Shown one piece after another: positions 52,820 through 64,000 of a stretch of DNA of 64,000 nucleotides. The DNA comes from an uncultured Conexibacteraceae bacterium (lineage in GTDB: Bacteria; Actinomycetota; Thermoleophilia; Solirubrobacterales; Solirubrobacteraceae), in NCBI GenBank assembly GCA_963706415.1, contig OY970159.1, positions 3,540,895-3,604,894 of the forward strand, given 5' to 3'. The notes under the pieces were generated by a model, which was not told the DNA's origin, searched no databases, and was given only the letters and a program-made list of their open reading frames with translations. Positions within the stretch are counted from its first letter, which is position 1, and every line of letters starts with the position of its first letter. The translations under genes were made by a program, and so were the position numbers.

Positions 52820-53929
52820 GTGATCGCGCGCGACCTGGGCGTCAGCTCCGCGGCGGCCGGCCTGCTGGTCACCTCCTCGCAGGTGGGCTACGCCGCAGGG
52901 CTCGTCCTGCTGGTCCCGCTCGGTGACCTGCTGGACCGCCGACGCATGGTCGCGCGGATGCTGCTGGTGACCGCCGCCGCACTGGGCGTCGCCGCCGCCG
53001 CGCCGTCGTTCGCGGTCCTGGCCGCGGCGATCGCCGTCATCGGCGTCACCTCGACCGTCGCGCAGGTCCTCGTCCCCTTGGCCGGCTCGCTCGCGCCCGA
53101 GCATGAGCGCGGCAAGGTCGTCGGCAACGTCATGAGCGGCCTGCTGCTGGGGATCCTGCTGGCGCGCACCGCCTCGGGGCTGCTTGCCGAGCTCGGCGGC
53201 TGGCGACTGGTCTACGTGATCGGCGCGGTCCTGATGCTCGTGCTCGCCGCCGTCCTGGCCCGTGCCCTGCCGCCGACCCCGCCCGTGACCGACCTGCCCT
53301 ACCGCGTGCTGCTGCGCTCGGTCGCGACGCTGGTCCGCGACGAGCCGGTGCTGCGGCGCCGGATGGTCTACGGCGCGCTCGGGATGGCGAGCTTCAGCGT
53401 GCTGTGGACGGCGATCGCGTTCCTGCTCTCCGGCGCGCCGTATCACTACGGCGAAGGGACGATCGGCCTCTTCGGGCTCGCGGGCCTGGTCGGCGCGGGC
53501 GCGGCGCAGGGCGCCGGACGGCTCGCCGACCGTGGCCACTCGCACGCCGCGACCGGGGCGTTCCTGCTGGCGATCGCCGTCTCCTGGGCGCTGATCGCGC
53601 TCGGCAGCTCCTCACTGGCCGCGCTGATCGCCGGCGTCGTGCTGCTCGACCTCGGCATCCAGGGCCAGCACATCCTCAACCAGAGCGCGATCTACATGTT
53701 GAACCCGGAGGCGCGCAGCCGGCTGACGACGGCGTACATGGCCTCCAACTTCCTCTGGGGCGCGCTGGGCAGCGCCGGGGCGTCGCTGGCCTGGAGCGCT
53801 GGCGGCTGGGGCGCGGTCAGCGCGCTGGGGATCGGCCTGGCGGCGGTCGGCCTGGTCGCCTGGTGCCTGGAGCACGCCGGCGGGCGAGCGCGCGGGACCG
53901 CCGCGCCCCAGCCCGAGACGATCTCCTAG
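52820..53929 (+). CDS. MFS transporter (ORF as tracked; the true N-terminus probably lies upstream)
   Basis: 12-helix-type MFS pattern. The in-frame upstream sequence 52736-52819 encodes LDRRLVLLLAVACGAAVANLYYAQPLLD (a typical TM1), but has no in-frame ATG/GTG/TTG after the stop at 52628-52630. Confidence 0.85.
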   Translation: MIARDLGVSSAAAGLLVTSSQVGYAAGLVLLVPLGDLLDRRRMVARMLLVTAAALGVAAAAPSFAVLAAAIAVIGVTSTVAQVLVPLAGSLAPEHERGKVVGNVMSGLLLGILLARTASGLLAELGGWRLVYVIGAVLMLVLAAVLARALPPTPPVTDLPYRVLLRSVATLVRDEPVLRRRMVYGALGMASFSVLWTAIAFLLSGAPYHYGEGTIGLFGLAGLVGAGAAQGAGRLADRGHSHAATGAFLLAIAVSWALIALGSSSLAALIAGVVLLDLGIQGQHILNQSAIYMLNPEARSRLTTAYMASNFLWGALGSAGASLAWSAGGWGAVSALGIGLAAVGLVAWCLEHAGGRARGTAAPQPETIS

Positions 53930-54516
53930 GTCGTGGCCTTGCGCAGCTCGAGCTTCAGCGTCTTGGGCGCGTCGGGCGCGAGGTCGATGCAGCTCCCGCG
54001 CGGGCATCCGGGACGGGTCGTCTCGGCCGCCGCGTAGAGCGTGGCGGGCTTGCCGATCGCGGTCTGAGAGAAGCGCAGCGTCACCGTGCGTGCGCTCGGC
54101 CGCGAGACATCCGCGCCCCCGGTGCGCTCCGGCAGCTTGTTGGCGCGCTGCTTGAGGATCGAGCCGCGCAGCGCGCCGTCGGCGTTGGCGGTCGTGCAGA
54201 TCAGGTAGTCGGGCGTCGTGTCGGGTGGCACGGTCGTCGTCCACGCCTTCAGGCAGAGCGAGCCCGGCCCACCGGTGTCGCTCAGCAGGTCGCTGCCGGT
54301 CCAGGCCGCGGCGACGGTCAGCGAGGCCCGCAGGCGGCCATCGGCGGCGCGGGAGAGCGCGACGCGCGTGAGGTCCAGCGGGCTGCGGACGTCCCCCTTG
54401 GGGTCGGTCGCCGCCTGGGTCTCGGGCGCGGTGGCGGCAGGCGCCATCGTCGACCCCACCGACCAGGTCGCCGTCGTGAGCAGACCGAGCACCGTCAGTG
54501 TCCGTGTCGCCCGCAT
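53926..54516 (-). CDS. secreted hypothetical protein
   Basis: Signal peptide MRATRTLTVLGLLTTATWSVGSTMA. 196 aa with four Cys. No motif recognised. Confidence 0.6.
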   Translation of the reverse strand: MRATRTLTVLGLLTTATWSVGSTMAPAATAPETQAATDPKGDVRSPLDLTRVALSRAADGRLRASLTVAAAWTGSDLLSDTGGPGSLCLKAWTTTVPPDTTPDYLICTTANADGALRGSILKQRANKLPERTGGADVSRPSARTVTLRFSQTAIGKPATLYAAAETTRPGCPRGSCIDLAPDAPKTLKLELRKATT

Positions 54517-54519
54517 GCC

Positions 54520-55299
54520 TCAGCGCCCCTTGTAGGTGGCCTTGCCGGGCCCGTCGGTGAGGAACGAGCGGACGGCGCTCTTGAGGTCCTCGGTGTCGAA
54601 CAGCGCGCCGGAGACCTCGCCGACGATCGCGTCGGCCGCGCGGGCGCCGCCCTCCTTCTGGGCCCGGACGATCGCCTTGGTCGCCGCGTGCGCTTTGGTC
54701 GGGCCGTTGGCGATCTTGGTGGCGAACGCGCGCGCCTCGTCCTCGAACGTGTCGTTGGCGTAGACGCGGTTGACGACGTTCCAGCGCTCCAGCGTCGCGG
54801 CGTCGAACAGCTCGCCGGTGTAGATGAGCTCCTTGGCGCGCGCCGGGCCGGCGCGCTCGGCCAACCGCTGCGGGCCGCCCATCGACGGTGTGAGGCCCAC
54901 GACGATCTCCACCAGCCCGAACTTCGCGCGCTCGGCGGCCAGCAGGATGTCGCAGGCCAGCGCGATCTCGAAGGCGGCGGTGAGGCAAAGGCCGTGCGCG
55001 GCGAAGACCGTCGGCAGCGGCAGCTCCTCGATCTTGTGGATGACCTCCAGCAGCTCGTCCCACAGCGCGCCGCCGCGCTGCGCCGACATGCCGTCGAAGA
55101 CCTTGCCGACGTCGACGCCGCCGGAGACGACCTTGCCCTCGGCCCGGATCAGCAGGCCACGCGGCGGGTCGGCGGCGACCTTGTCGATCGCTGCGCGCAC
55201 GCCCTCGAAGACCGCGTCGTCGAAGAGGTTCAACGGCGGGCTGTCGAAGGTCAGGACGGCCAGCGGGCCCTCCTGCTCCAGGCGGACGACGTCGGTCAC
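54520..55299 (-). CDS. enoyl-CoA hydratase/isomerase (crotonase) family protein
   Basis: ORF 54520..55437 trimmed to GTG 55299 (VTDVVRLEQEGPLAVLTFDSPPLN), in a GTGA overlap with the HIT stop. AHGLCLTAAFEIALACD is present. Confidence 0.88.
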   Translation of the reverse strand: MTDVVRLEQEGPLAVLTFDSPPLNLFDDAVFEGVRAAIDKVAADPPRGLLIRAEGKVVSGGVDVGKVFDGMSAQRGGALWDELLEVIHKIEELPLPTVFAAHGLCLTAAFEIALACDILLAAERAKFGLVEIVVGLTPSMGGPQRLAERAGPARAKELIYTGELFDAATLERWNVVNRVYANDTFEDEARAFATKIANGPTKAHAATKAIVRAQKEGGARAADAIVGEVSGALFDTEDLKSAVRSFLTDGPGKATYKGR

Positions 55300-55721
55300 G
55301 AGTAGTGCTCCTTGAGCTGCTGGCCGGTGGCTTGGATGTTGTCCATGTCGCCGGGTCCGGGGGTCCAGGGCAAGCGCAGAGGGTCGCCCTCGTAGCGCGG
55401 GATGACATGCAGGTGGAAGTGAAAGACGGTCTGCCACGCGTCGGCGCCGCAGCTGTTGAGCAGGTTGATGCCGTCGGCCTCCAGCACCGTCTTGGCCGTG
55501 CGCGCGAGATGCTGTCCGGCGTGTGCCACCGCGGCGAGATCCTCGGGCTCGATCTCCAGCAGGTCGCGGGCATGGGTGCGGGGCACGACGAGGGCGTGGC
55601 CGCGCGTGGCCGGGTTGATGTCCATGAAGGAGACCGTCCGCTCGTCGGAGGCGATGATCGTGGCCGGGATCTCGCCGGCGACGATCTTGCAGAACAGGCA
55701 GTCGGGGTCGGTGACGGACAT
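55296..55721 (-). CDS. HIT (histidine triad) family protein
   Basis: CLFCKIVAGEIP and the triad HFHLHVIPR. Confidence 0.92.
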   Translation of the reverse strand: MSVTDPDCLFCKIVAGEIPATIIASDERTVSFMDINPATRGHALVVPRTHARDLLEIEPEDLAAVAHAGQHLARTAKTVLEADGINLLNSCGADAWQTVFHFHLHVIPRYEGDPLRLPWTPGPGDMDNIQATGQQLKEHYS

Positions 55722-55802
55722 GGCGGCACCTTATCCACGCGGCGCGTCGTTCAGGTTCGGGTCAGCTTGCGCGGGGCGGTCCACCGGTACGCTCCATGGT
55801 CG

Positions 55803-56996
55803 ATGTCCGGCGCGGTCAGCACCCCCACGCAGGAGGCCCTGCACGCCGACGTGGCGGCGCTGGCGGCGCTCGATCGCCTGCCCTGCTCGCCCGGCGAGGC
55901 CCAAGCGGCGGCGTGGATCGCCGAGCGGCTGGCGGCCTGCGGCGCGCGGGTCGTGGTCGACGAGGAGCTCGTGCACGGCACGTACTTCACGCCGCTCGGC
56001 GTCTTCAACGCGGCCGCCGCCGCGGGCGGTGTCGCGGTGCTGGCAGGCCGGCGCGGCTTGGGCGGGCTGGTCGCGGGTGTCGCGGCCGCCGGGATCTGGC
56101 AGGACCTCACCGGTGGGCGACGCCGCGCGCTGCGGCGCGTGCTCAAACGCCAGAAGACCACCAACGTGGTCGCCGAGTTCGGGCCGGAGGACGCGCGCCA
56201 CACGCTGGTGGTCCACGCCCACCACGACGCGGCGCGAACGTCGTTCATCTTCGATCAGACGCTCACCAAGTTCATGGTGGAGAAGCTGCCGGGCGTCATG
56301 GCACGGACGGACCGCTGGCCGCCGTTGATGGGGCTGGTGATCGGCGGCCCGGTGGCCGTCGCGGTGAGCGCGCTCACCGGTGGCCGTCGCACGGCGGCGT
56401 TCGGGACCGCGCTGGCGACCGGCACCGCGGTCGTGATGGCGGACATGATCCGCCAGCCGGTGGTGCCGGGCGCCAACGACAACCTCAGCGGGGTCGCGGT
56501 GCTCCTGGAGGTCGCACGGCGCCTGCGGGACGCGCCACCGCCGGAGGGCGTGCGGGTGATCCTGCTGTCGGCGGGCGCCGAGGAGTCCAATCAGGAGGGC
56601 ATGCTCGCGTTCGCGCGGCGCCACTTCGAACGGCTGAGCCCGGAGTCCACGTCGTTGCTGTGCCTCGACACCGTCGGCTCGCCCGAGCTGCTGCTGATCG
56701 AGGGCGAGGGCTTCTTGCGGATGTACGAGTACCCCTCCCAGCAGAAGGAGCGCGTCGCCGCCGCCGCGCGCGACGCTGGCGTCCATCTCCGGCGCGGCAT
56801 CCGCTTCACCTTCGCGACCGACGGGCTGGTGTCGCTGCGCCAGGGCTACCAGGTTGCCGCGATCGGCTCGGTCACCGAGTACCTGGTGCCGGCCAACTAC
56901 CACTGGCCGACCGACACGGCCGACAACGTGGACTACGCGTCGGTGGAAGACAGCGTGGAGATCGTCATGGGGACGATCGCGCGCAGCGCCGACTAG
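55803..56996 (+). CDS. M28 family metallopeptidase with membrane segments
   Basis: ORF 55305..56996 trimmed to ATG 55803 (MSGAVSTPTQEAL). Motifs: HAHHDAA, GANDNLSGVAVLLEVARRL, SAGAEESNQEG. Confidence 0.8.
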   Translation: MSGAVSTPTQEALHADVAALAALDRLPCSPGEAQAAAWIAERLAACGARVVVDEELVHGTYFTPLGVFNAAAAAGGVAVLAGRRGLGGLVAGVAAAGIWQDLTGGRRRALRRVLKRQKTTNVVAEFGPEDARHTLVVHAHHDAARTSFIFDQTLTKFMVEKLPGVMARTDRWPPLMGLVIGGPVAVAVSALTGGRRTAAFGTALATGTAVVMADMIRQPVVPGANDNLSGVAVLLEVARRLRDAPPPEGVRVILLSAGAEESNQEGMLAFARRHFERLSPESTSLLCLDTVGSPELLLIEGEGFLRMYEYPSQQKERVAAAARDAGVHLRRGIRFTFATDGLVSLRQGYQVAAIGSVTEYLVPANYHWPTDTADNVDYASVEDSVEIVMGTIARSAD

Positions 56997-58387
56997 GTGA
57001 GCGTGCGCGCCAGCGTGATCGCCTCGTCGGCCGTCGTGACCTCGCCGGCGTAGCGGGCCTCGGCGATCGCGGCGAGCAGCCGACCCAGCTCGGGGCCGCG
57101 ACGGATCTCCAGCGCCCGGGCCAGCTCGTCGCCGCGGATCAACGGCGGCTGCGCGGCCCAGTCGGCGTAGGCGAGCGCCTGGGGCAGGACGACGCGGGCG
57201 ACCTCGAGGTGCTTGGCGATCGCCTCATCGGCCTTGCGGCCGCGGGTCGCGAGGCGATCGGCGATCGAGAGCAGCGACACGTCGACCTCGACCGGCGCGG
57301 TCTTGACGAGGTACTGGTGGATCGTCCGGCGGTCCAGCGGCGCCTGGTGGACGAGGTAGCCGAGGCCGAGGTGGTGGCGGGCCAGCAGCGCGACGTGGGC
57401 GCGCAGCTTCTCGCTCGTGCGCAGTCGGGTGAGCGCGGCACGTGCGCGCTCGGCGCCGAGGTCGGCGTGACCGGGAAAGCCGAGGACGGTGCCGTCGTCG
57501 TGGAAGGCCTGGGTCTCGGGCTTGGCGGCGTCGTGCAGCAGCGCGCCGAAGCGCAGCGCGGTGGCGCGGGTCAGCTCGTCGGCCAGCGGCTGGGCGAGGA
57601 ACGCGCGCAGCGGCGCGTCCAGCTCGGCGCCAAGGACCGCGCCCGGCTCGCGCTCCAGCGCCACCGTCTCGGCGAGGACCTCGAGCGTGTGGTCGTGGAC
57701 GTCGAGGTGGTGGTAGCGGTTCTGCTGCACGCCGCGCAGGGCGCTGAGCTCAGGCAGGACGTGCGGCGTGAGGCCGAGCCTGTCCATGAGCGCGAGGCCG
57801 TCGAGGACGCGATCGGCGGCGATGACGCGCTTGAGCTCGGCGAAGACGCGCTCGGCGGCGACGTCGACAATTCGGGGCGTCCGGGAGGTCGCCGCGGCGG
57901 CGGTGTCCGGGTCGGGCTCCATCGTGAGCTCGCAGGCGAAGCGCGCGAGGCGCAGGGTCCGCAGCGGATCGTCGTCGAAGCTCGACGGTCCGACCGCCCG
58001 CAGGCGGCGCGCCGCGAGGTCATCGGCGCCGCCGTGAGGGTCGACGATCTCGCCGCCGGCCAGCGGCCGCGCCATCGCGTTGATGGTGAAGTCGCGCTTG
58101 GCGAGGTCCTCGGCCAATGAGGCGCCCTGCAAGCGCATGACATCGACCTGCCAGCGGTGCTCGGGACCCACGACCCGCCAGGCGCCGAAGGCGTCTGACA
58201 GCTCGAACGCCGGGCCGCCCGCGGCGCGCGACAGCGCCTTGGCCAGCGCCCGCACATCGCCGTCGACCACAAGGTCGAGATCGGCGGTCGGCCGGCCCAG
58301 CAGCTCATCGCGCACCGCCCCGCCGACGATCCACGCCGGCACGCCGGCCAGCGCACCCCGCGCAGCGTCCAGCGCCTCGCCGCTCAC
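56993..58387 (-). CDS. cca: CCA-adding tRNA nucleotidyltransferase / poly(A) polymerase family with HD domain
   Basis: ORF 56993..58969 trimmed to GTG 58387 (GTGA overlap with the alr stop). Motifs: VGGAVRDELLGR, DLDLVV, RDFTINAM, LHDAAKP. Confidence 0.88.
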   Translation of the reverse strand: MSGEALDAARGALAGVPAWIVGGAVRDELLGRPTADLDLVVDGDVRALAKALSRAAGGPAFELSDAFGAWRVVGPEHRWQVDVMRLQGASLAEDLAKRDFTINAMARPLAGGEIVDPHGGADDLAARRLRAVGPSSFDDDPLRTLRLARFACELTMEPDPDTAAAATSRTPRIVDVAAERVFAELKRVIAADRVLDGLALMDRLGLTPHVLPELSALRGVQQNRYHHLDVHDHTLEVLAETVALEREPGAVLGAELDAPLRAFLAQPLADELTRATALRFGALLHDAAKPETQAFHDDGTVLGFPGHADLGAERARAALTRLRTSEKLRAHVALLARHHLGLGYLVHQAPLDRRTIHQYLVKTAPVEVDVSLLSIADRLATRGRKADEAIAKHLEVARVVLPQALAYADWAAQPPLIRGDELARALEIRRGPELGRLLAAIAEARYAGEVTTADEAITLARTLT

Positions 58388-59511
58388 TCCGCGACGCTCT
58401 CCCCGTCTCGGTGGTGCAGTCGTGGCACGCGGGCGGTGATGCCGGTGGTGATCTCGTAGTTGATGGTGTCGATCAGGCGGGCGAGGTCCTCGGCGGTGAT
58501 GCGCTCGGCGCCTTGGGCGCCGATGAGGACGACGTCGTCGCCGAGCTTGGGGCCGAGGCCGGCGGCACCCACGTCGAAGGTCACGTTGTCCATGGACACG
58601 GTGCCGACCAGATCGATGCGGCGGCCGTGCAGCAGCGCTGGGGCCTTGTTGGTCAGCGCGCGGCGATAGCCGTCGCCGTAGCCGATCGGCACCGTTGCCA
58701 GCAGCGTCTCGCGCTGGGCCACGAAGCGCCGGCCATAGCCCGCGCTCTCCCCCGCTTGGGCGGCCTTGAGCGCCGCGACGTAGGACACCAGCTCCAGCGC
58801 GGGCTCGAGATCGCGCGAGGCCGGGTCCTCGCCGAACGGATCCAGCCCGTAGATCGCGATGCCACAACGCACGAGGTCGAAGTGCGAGGCCGGATCGCGC
58901 AACACCGCCGCGCTGTTGGCGGCATGGGCGAGCAGGCCGGGATGGGCGGCGCGCAGCGGCTCCACCCATGCCTTGAAGGTGGCCAGCTGCTCGCCGAAGA
59001 ACGCGTCACCACGTTCGTCGGCGGTGGCGAAGTGCGTCCATGCGCCGGCCAGCTCCAGCTCCTCGGCGGCGTCGATGGCGGCGACGACCGCGTCGGCCTC
59101 CTCCGGGTCGCGCGTGCCGAGACGGCCGAGCCCGCTGTCGAGCTTGACGTGCACCCGCGCGGGTCGGCCGGCGGCGACCAGCGCCTGGGCCCGCTCCACG
59201 GTCCAGACCGACACGTCGGCGCCGGCGTCCAGCGCGATCGGCAGCTCCTCGTCGCTCAGCGCACCGAGCACCAGGATCCGGACCTCATCACCGACGCCGG
59301 CCCGGAGCTCGCGCGCCTCCAGTGCCGTGGCAACCGCGAGCCAGGTCGCGCCACCGCGCAGCGCCGCCTGCGCGCTCGGGACCATCCCGTGGCCGTAGCC
59401 GTCGGCCTTGACGACCGCGCAGAGCGCGGCCTTCGGCGCCTCGCGGTGCAGCTGAGCGACGTTGCGCTCGATCGCGCTGAGGTTCACGCGCGCCAGCGCG
59501 CGGACCGCCAC
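58384..59511 (-). CDS. alr: alanine racemase
   Basis: ORF 58384..60018 trimmed to GTG 59511 (VAVRALARVNLSAIERNV). PLP lysine motif AVVKADGYGHG. C-terminal PIGYGDGY and TINYEI. Confidence 0.92.
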   Translation of the reverse strand: MAVRALARVNLSAIERNVAQLHREAPKAALCAVVKADGYGHGMVPSAQAALRGGATWLAVATALEARELRAGVGDEVRILVLGALSDEELPIALDAGADVSVWTVERAQALVAAGRPARVHVKLDSGLGRLGTRDPEEADAVVAAIDAAEELELAGAWTHFATADERGDAFFGEQLATFKAWVEPLRAAHPGLLAHAANSAAVLRDPASHFDLVRCGIAIYGLDPFGEDPASRDLEPALELVSYVAALKAAQAGESAGYGRRFVAQRETLLATVPIGYGDGYRRALTNKAPALLHGRRIDLVGTVSMDNVTFDVGAAGLGPKLGDDVVLIGAQGAERITAEDLARLIDTINYEITTGITARVPRLHHRDGESVAE

Positions 59512-59638
59512 GCTCAGCGCTCCAAGATGTCGGCGACGGTGGCCATTGCGTGCGAGGACTCTATTCGAGCGTCTGGGCCGCCCGAGCGCACCCGTGGTCG
59601 AGTTGACGGACAGCTTGCCGGGCAACTCGCCCAGCGGG

Positions 59639-61159
<1,521 letters not shown>

Positions 61160-61208
61160 GCGCCTGACTCCGCCGCCAACGCCACGCCACGGTTGGTGAG
61201 CGCCGAGC

Positions 61209-61553
61209 TCATGTCCGCACCATCGCCACGGCGCCCGCGGTTCCCCGCGAGTGCGTCAGCGACACATCCACCTCGATGCCGCGTCCCGCCAGCGCGCCGT
61301 GCAACACGATTCGCGGCGGCCCGCCGTCGCTGACGACCTCGATGTCACGCCACGACCACGCCTCCAGCGCCAGTGCCTTGGCCACGGCCTCCTTAGCGCA
61401 GAACCGCGCCGCCAGATGCTGCCCCGGCCGCGACCGCGCGGCCGCGTACGCGCGCTCGCCCTCGGTGAACAGCCGCTCGGCCAGCGCCGGGCGACGCTCC
61501 AGCGCCGCCTCCAGCCGCTCGATCTCCAGCAGGTCCAGCCCCACGCCGCTCAT
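61209..61553 (-). CDS. acpS: holo-[acyl-carrier-protein] synthase
   Basis: 114 aa with GVGLDLLEIERL, RFCAKEAVAKAL and SLTHSRG. Confidence 0.9.
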   Translation of the reverse strand: MSGVGLDLLEIERLEAALERRPALAERLFTEGERAYAAARSRPGQHLAARFCAKEAVAKALALEAWSWRDIEVVSDGGPPRIVLHGALAGRGIEVDVSLTHSRGTAGAVAMVRT

Positions 61554-61595
61554 CGTTGCGACCCTAGCGGCCGATCAGCGAGCAGCCCGCCACTG

Positions 61596-63464
<1,869 letters not shown>

Positions 63465-63644
63465 TGGCGGGGCCTCCTGGCTGGTGGGGGTCCGGGAAAA
63501 GCTTGGTGTCGAACGGGCCTTGGCACCCGTCGAACGTGCTTCGAGAGTACCAACCGCCTTTCCTGCAACCCTGGCCTTCAGGGCAGAACGCGCGCCAATT
63601 AGGCAGATGTACGCACGATTGTCACAAGGCGGTCACAGATGGTG
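63465..63644 (-). promoter_or_regulatory. 180-nt glmM-glmS spacer / glmS leader with Shine-Dalgarno and several stem-loops
   Basis: The minus-strand RNA has AGGAGG 8 nt before the AUG. It contains the hairpins UCGAA-GCACG-UUCGA, ACGGG-UGCCAAGG-CCCGU and CCCUG-AAGGC-CAGGG, and a repeated CGUUCGAC. Confidence 0.4.
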
Positions 63645-64000
63645 TCACGCAGTCGCCGAGATGGCCTCGACAAGCGCCACCAGGCGCGAGGCGACCGCGT
63701 CGGTTTCCTCTTGCGACGGCGCCTCGACCATCACCCGTACGAGCTGCTCGGTGCCCGACGGGCGCACGAGCACGCGCCCGCGACCCTCCAGCTCCTCGCC
63801 CTCGCGCACGATTGCCGCGGCCAGCTCGGCGCTGTCCATCGCCGCGTCGCGATCGGCAACCGGAACGTTGACCAGCCGCTGCGGGATCTTCTCCATCGCC
63901 GCGCGGTCGGCAAGGTCGCCGCCGTTCAGCGCTTCGAGGGTCAGCAGCGCGCTCGCGATCCCGTCGCCCGACGGGACGAAGCCCATGTCGATGATGTGGC
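63645..64000 (-). CDS. glmM: phosphoglucosamine mutase, C-terminal part (gene continues past the right window edge)
   Basis: ...HIIDMGFVPSGDGIASALLTLEAL...RVLVRPSGTEQLVRVMVEA. The frame is open to the window end. Confidence 0.9.
   Translation of the reverse strand, partial: HIIDMGFVPSGDGIASALLTLEALNGGDLADRAAMEKIPQRLVNVPVADRDAAMDSAELAAAIVREGEELEGRGRVLVRPSGTEQLVRVMVEAPSQEETDAVASRLVALVEAISATA

Noticed and set aside
63465-63644. A glmS ribozyme in the glmS leader.
   Set aside because: Some collinear fragments resemble the core (UGCAG, UCGAA...UUCGaCGGgUGCC, CCCG, ACCAAG). However, I cannot find the conserved GACGAGG element or a convincing P1 with the A-GCGCC cleavage site. It is kept only as something to test with cmsearch RF00234.

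Overview
This is a dense, very GC-rich chromosomal segment of actinobacterial type. Hand-sampled 60-nt lines are mostly about 70-77% G+C. About 60 protein-coding genes lie on both strands, with very short spacers, many 1-8 nt start/stop overlaps and frequent GTG/TTG starts. I saw no rRNA, tRNA, CRISPR array, transposase or integrase. Left to right the content is: a PadR fragment plus a carotenoid-type oxygenase; a minus-strand ppx-ppk polyphosphate block followed by a CE4 deacetylase, an HD hydrolase and an NTF2-DUF3320-like fusion; two ABC exporters; a GNAT/metallophosphoesterase pair; an orphan PAS histidine kinase; GNAT-P450 and TetR-ACAD-ACAD units; an NYN protein; a secreted seven-blade RCC1/BLIP-II-like protein; HAD and alpha/beta hydrolases; TauE; several GT-C-like polytopic membrane proteins; ROK glucokinase-rpiA; a Baeyer-Villiger-type monooxygenase; two heme-copper oxidase loci; GT4; MFS; HIT-crotonase; an M28 peptidase; and the run glmM-glmS-acpS-nnr-alr-cca. 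The most noteworthy region is the second, caa3-type oxidase locus. It has an uncharacterised cytoplasmic tandem USP-like protein between subunits I and III, a CBS-only protein and an HTH-only AraC regulator upstream, a subunit I with an extra two-helix N-terminus, and a convergent cytochrome c-cupredoxin fusion lipoprotein. Other points of interest: (1) three single-base frameshift-type lesions in conserved genes (ctaD copy 1, an ACAD, and the MFS start), all in short C/G runs, so assembly error must be excluded; (2) an orphan 3-prime gene fragment after an enoyl-CoA hydratase; (3) a duplicated 29-nt hairpin element; (4) a single-gene low-GC island encoding a 680-aa membrane protein; (5) three convergent gene pairs sharing a CTAG dual stop; (6) divergent gene pairs whose start codons are only 6-25 nt apart. 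All functional calls come from motif recognition by eye, and no database search was run.
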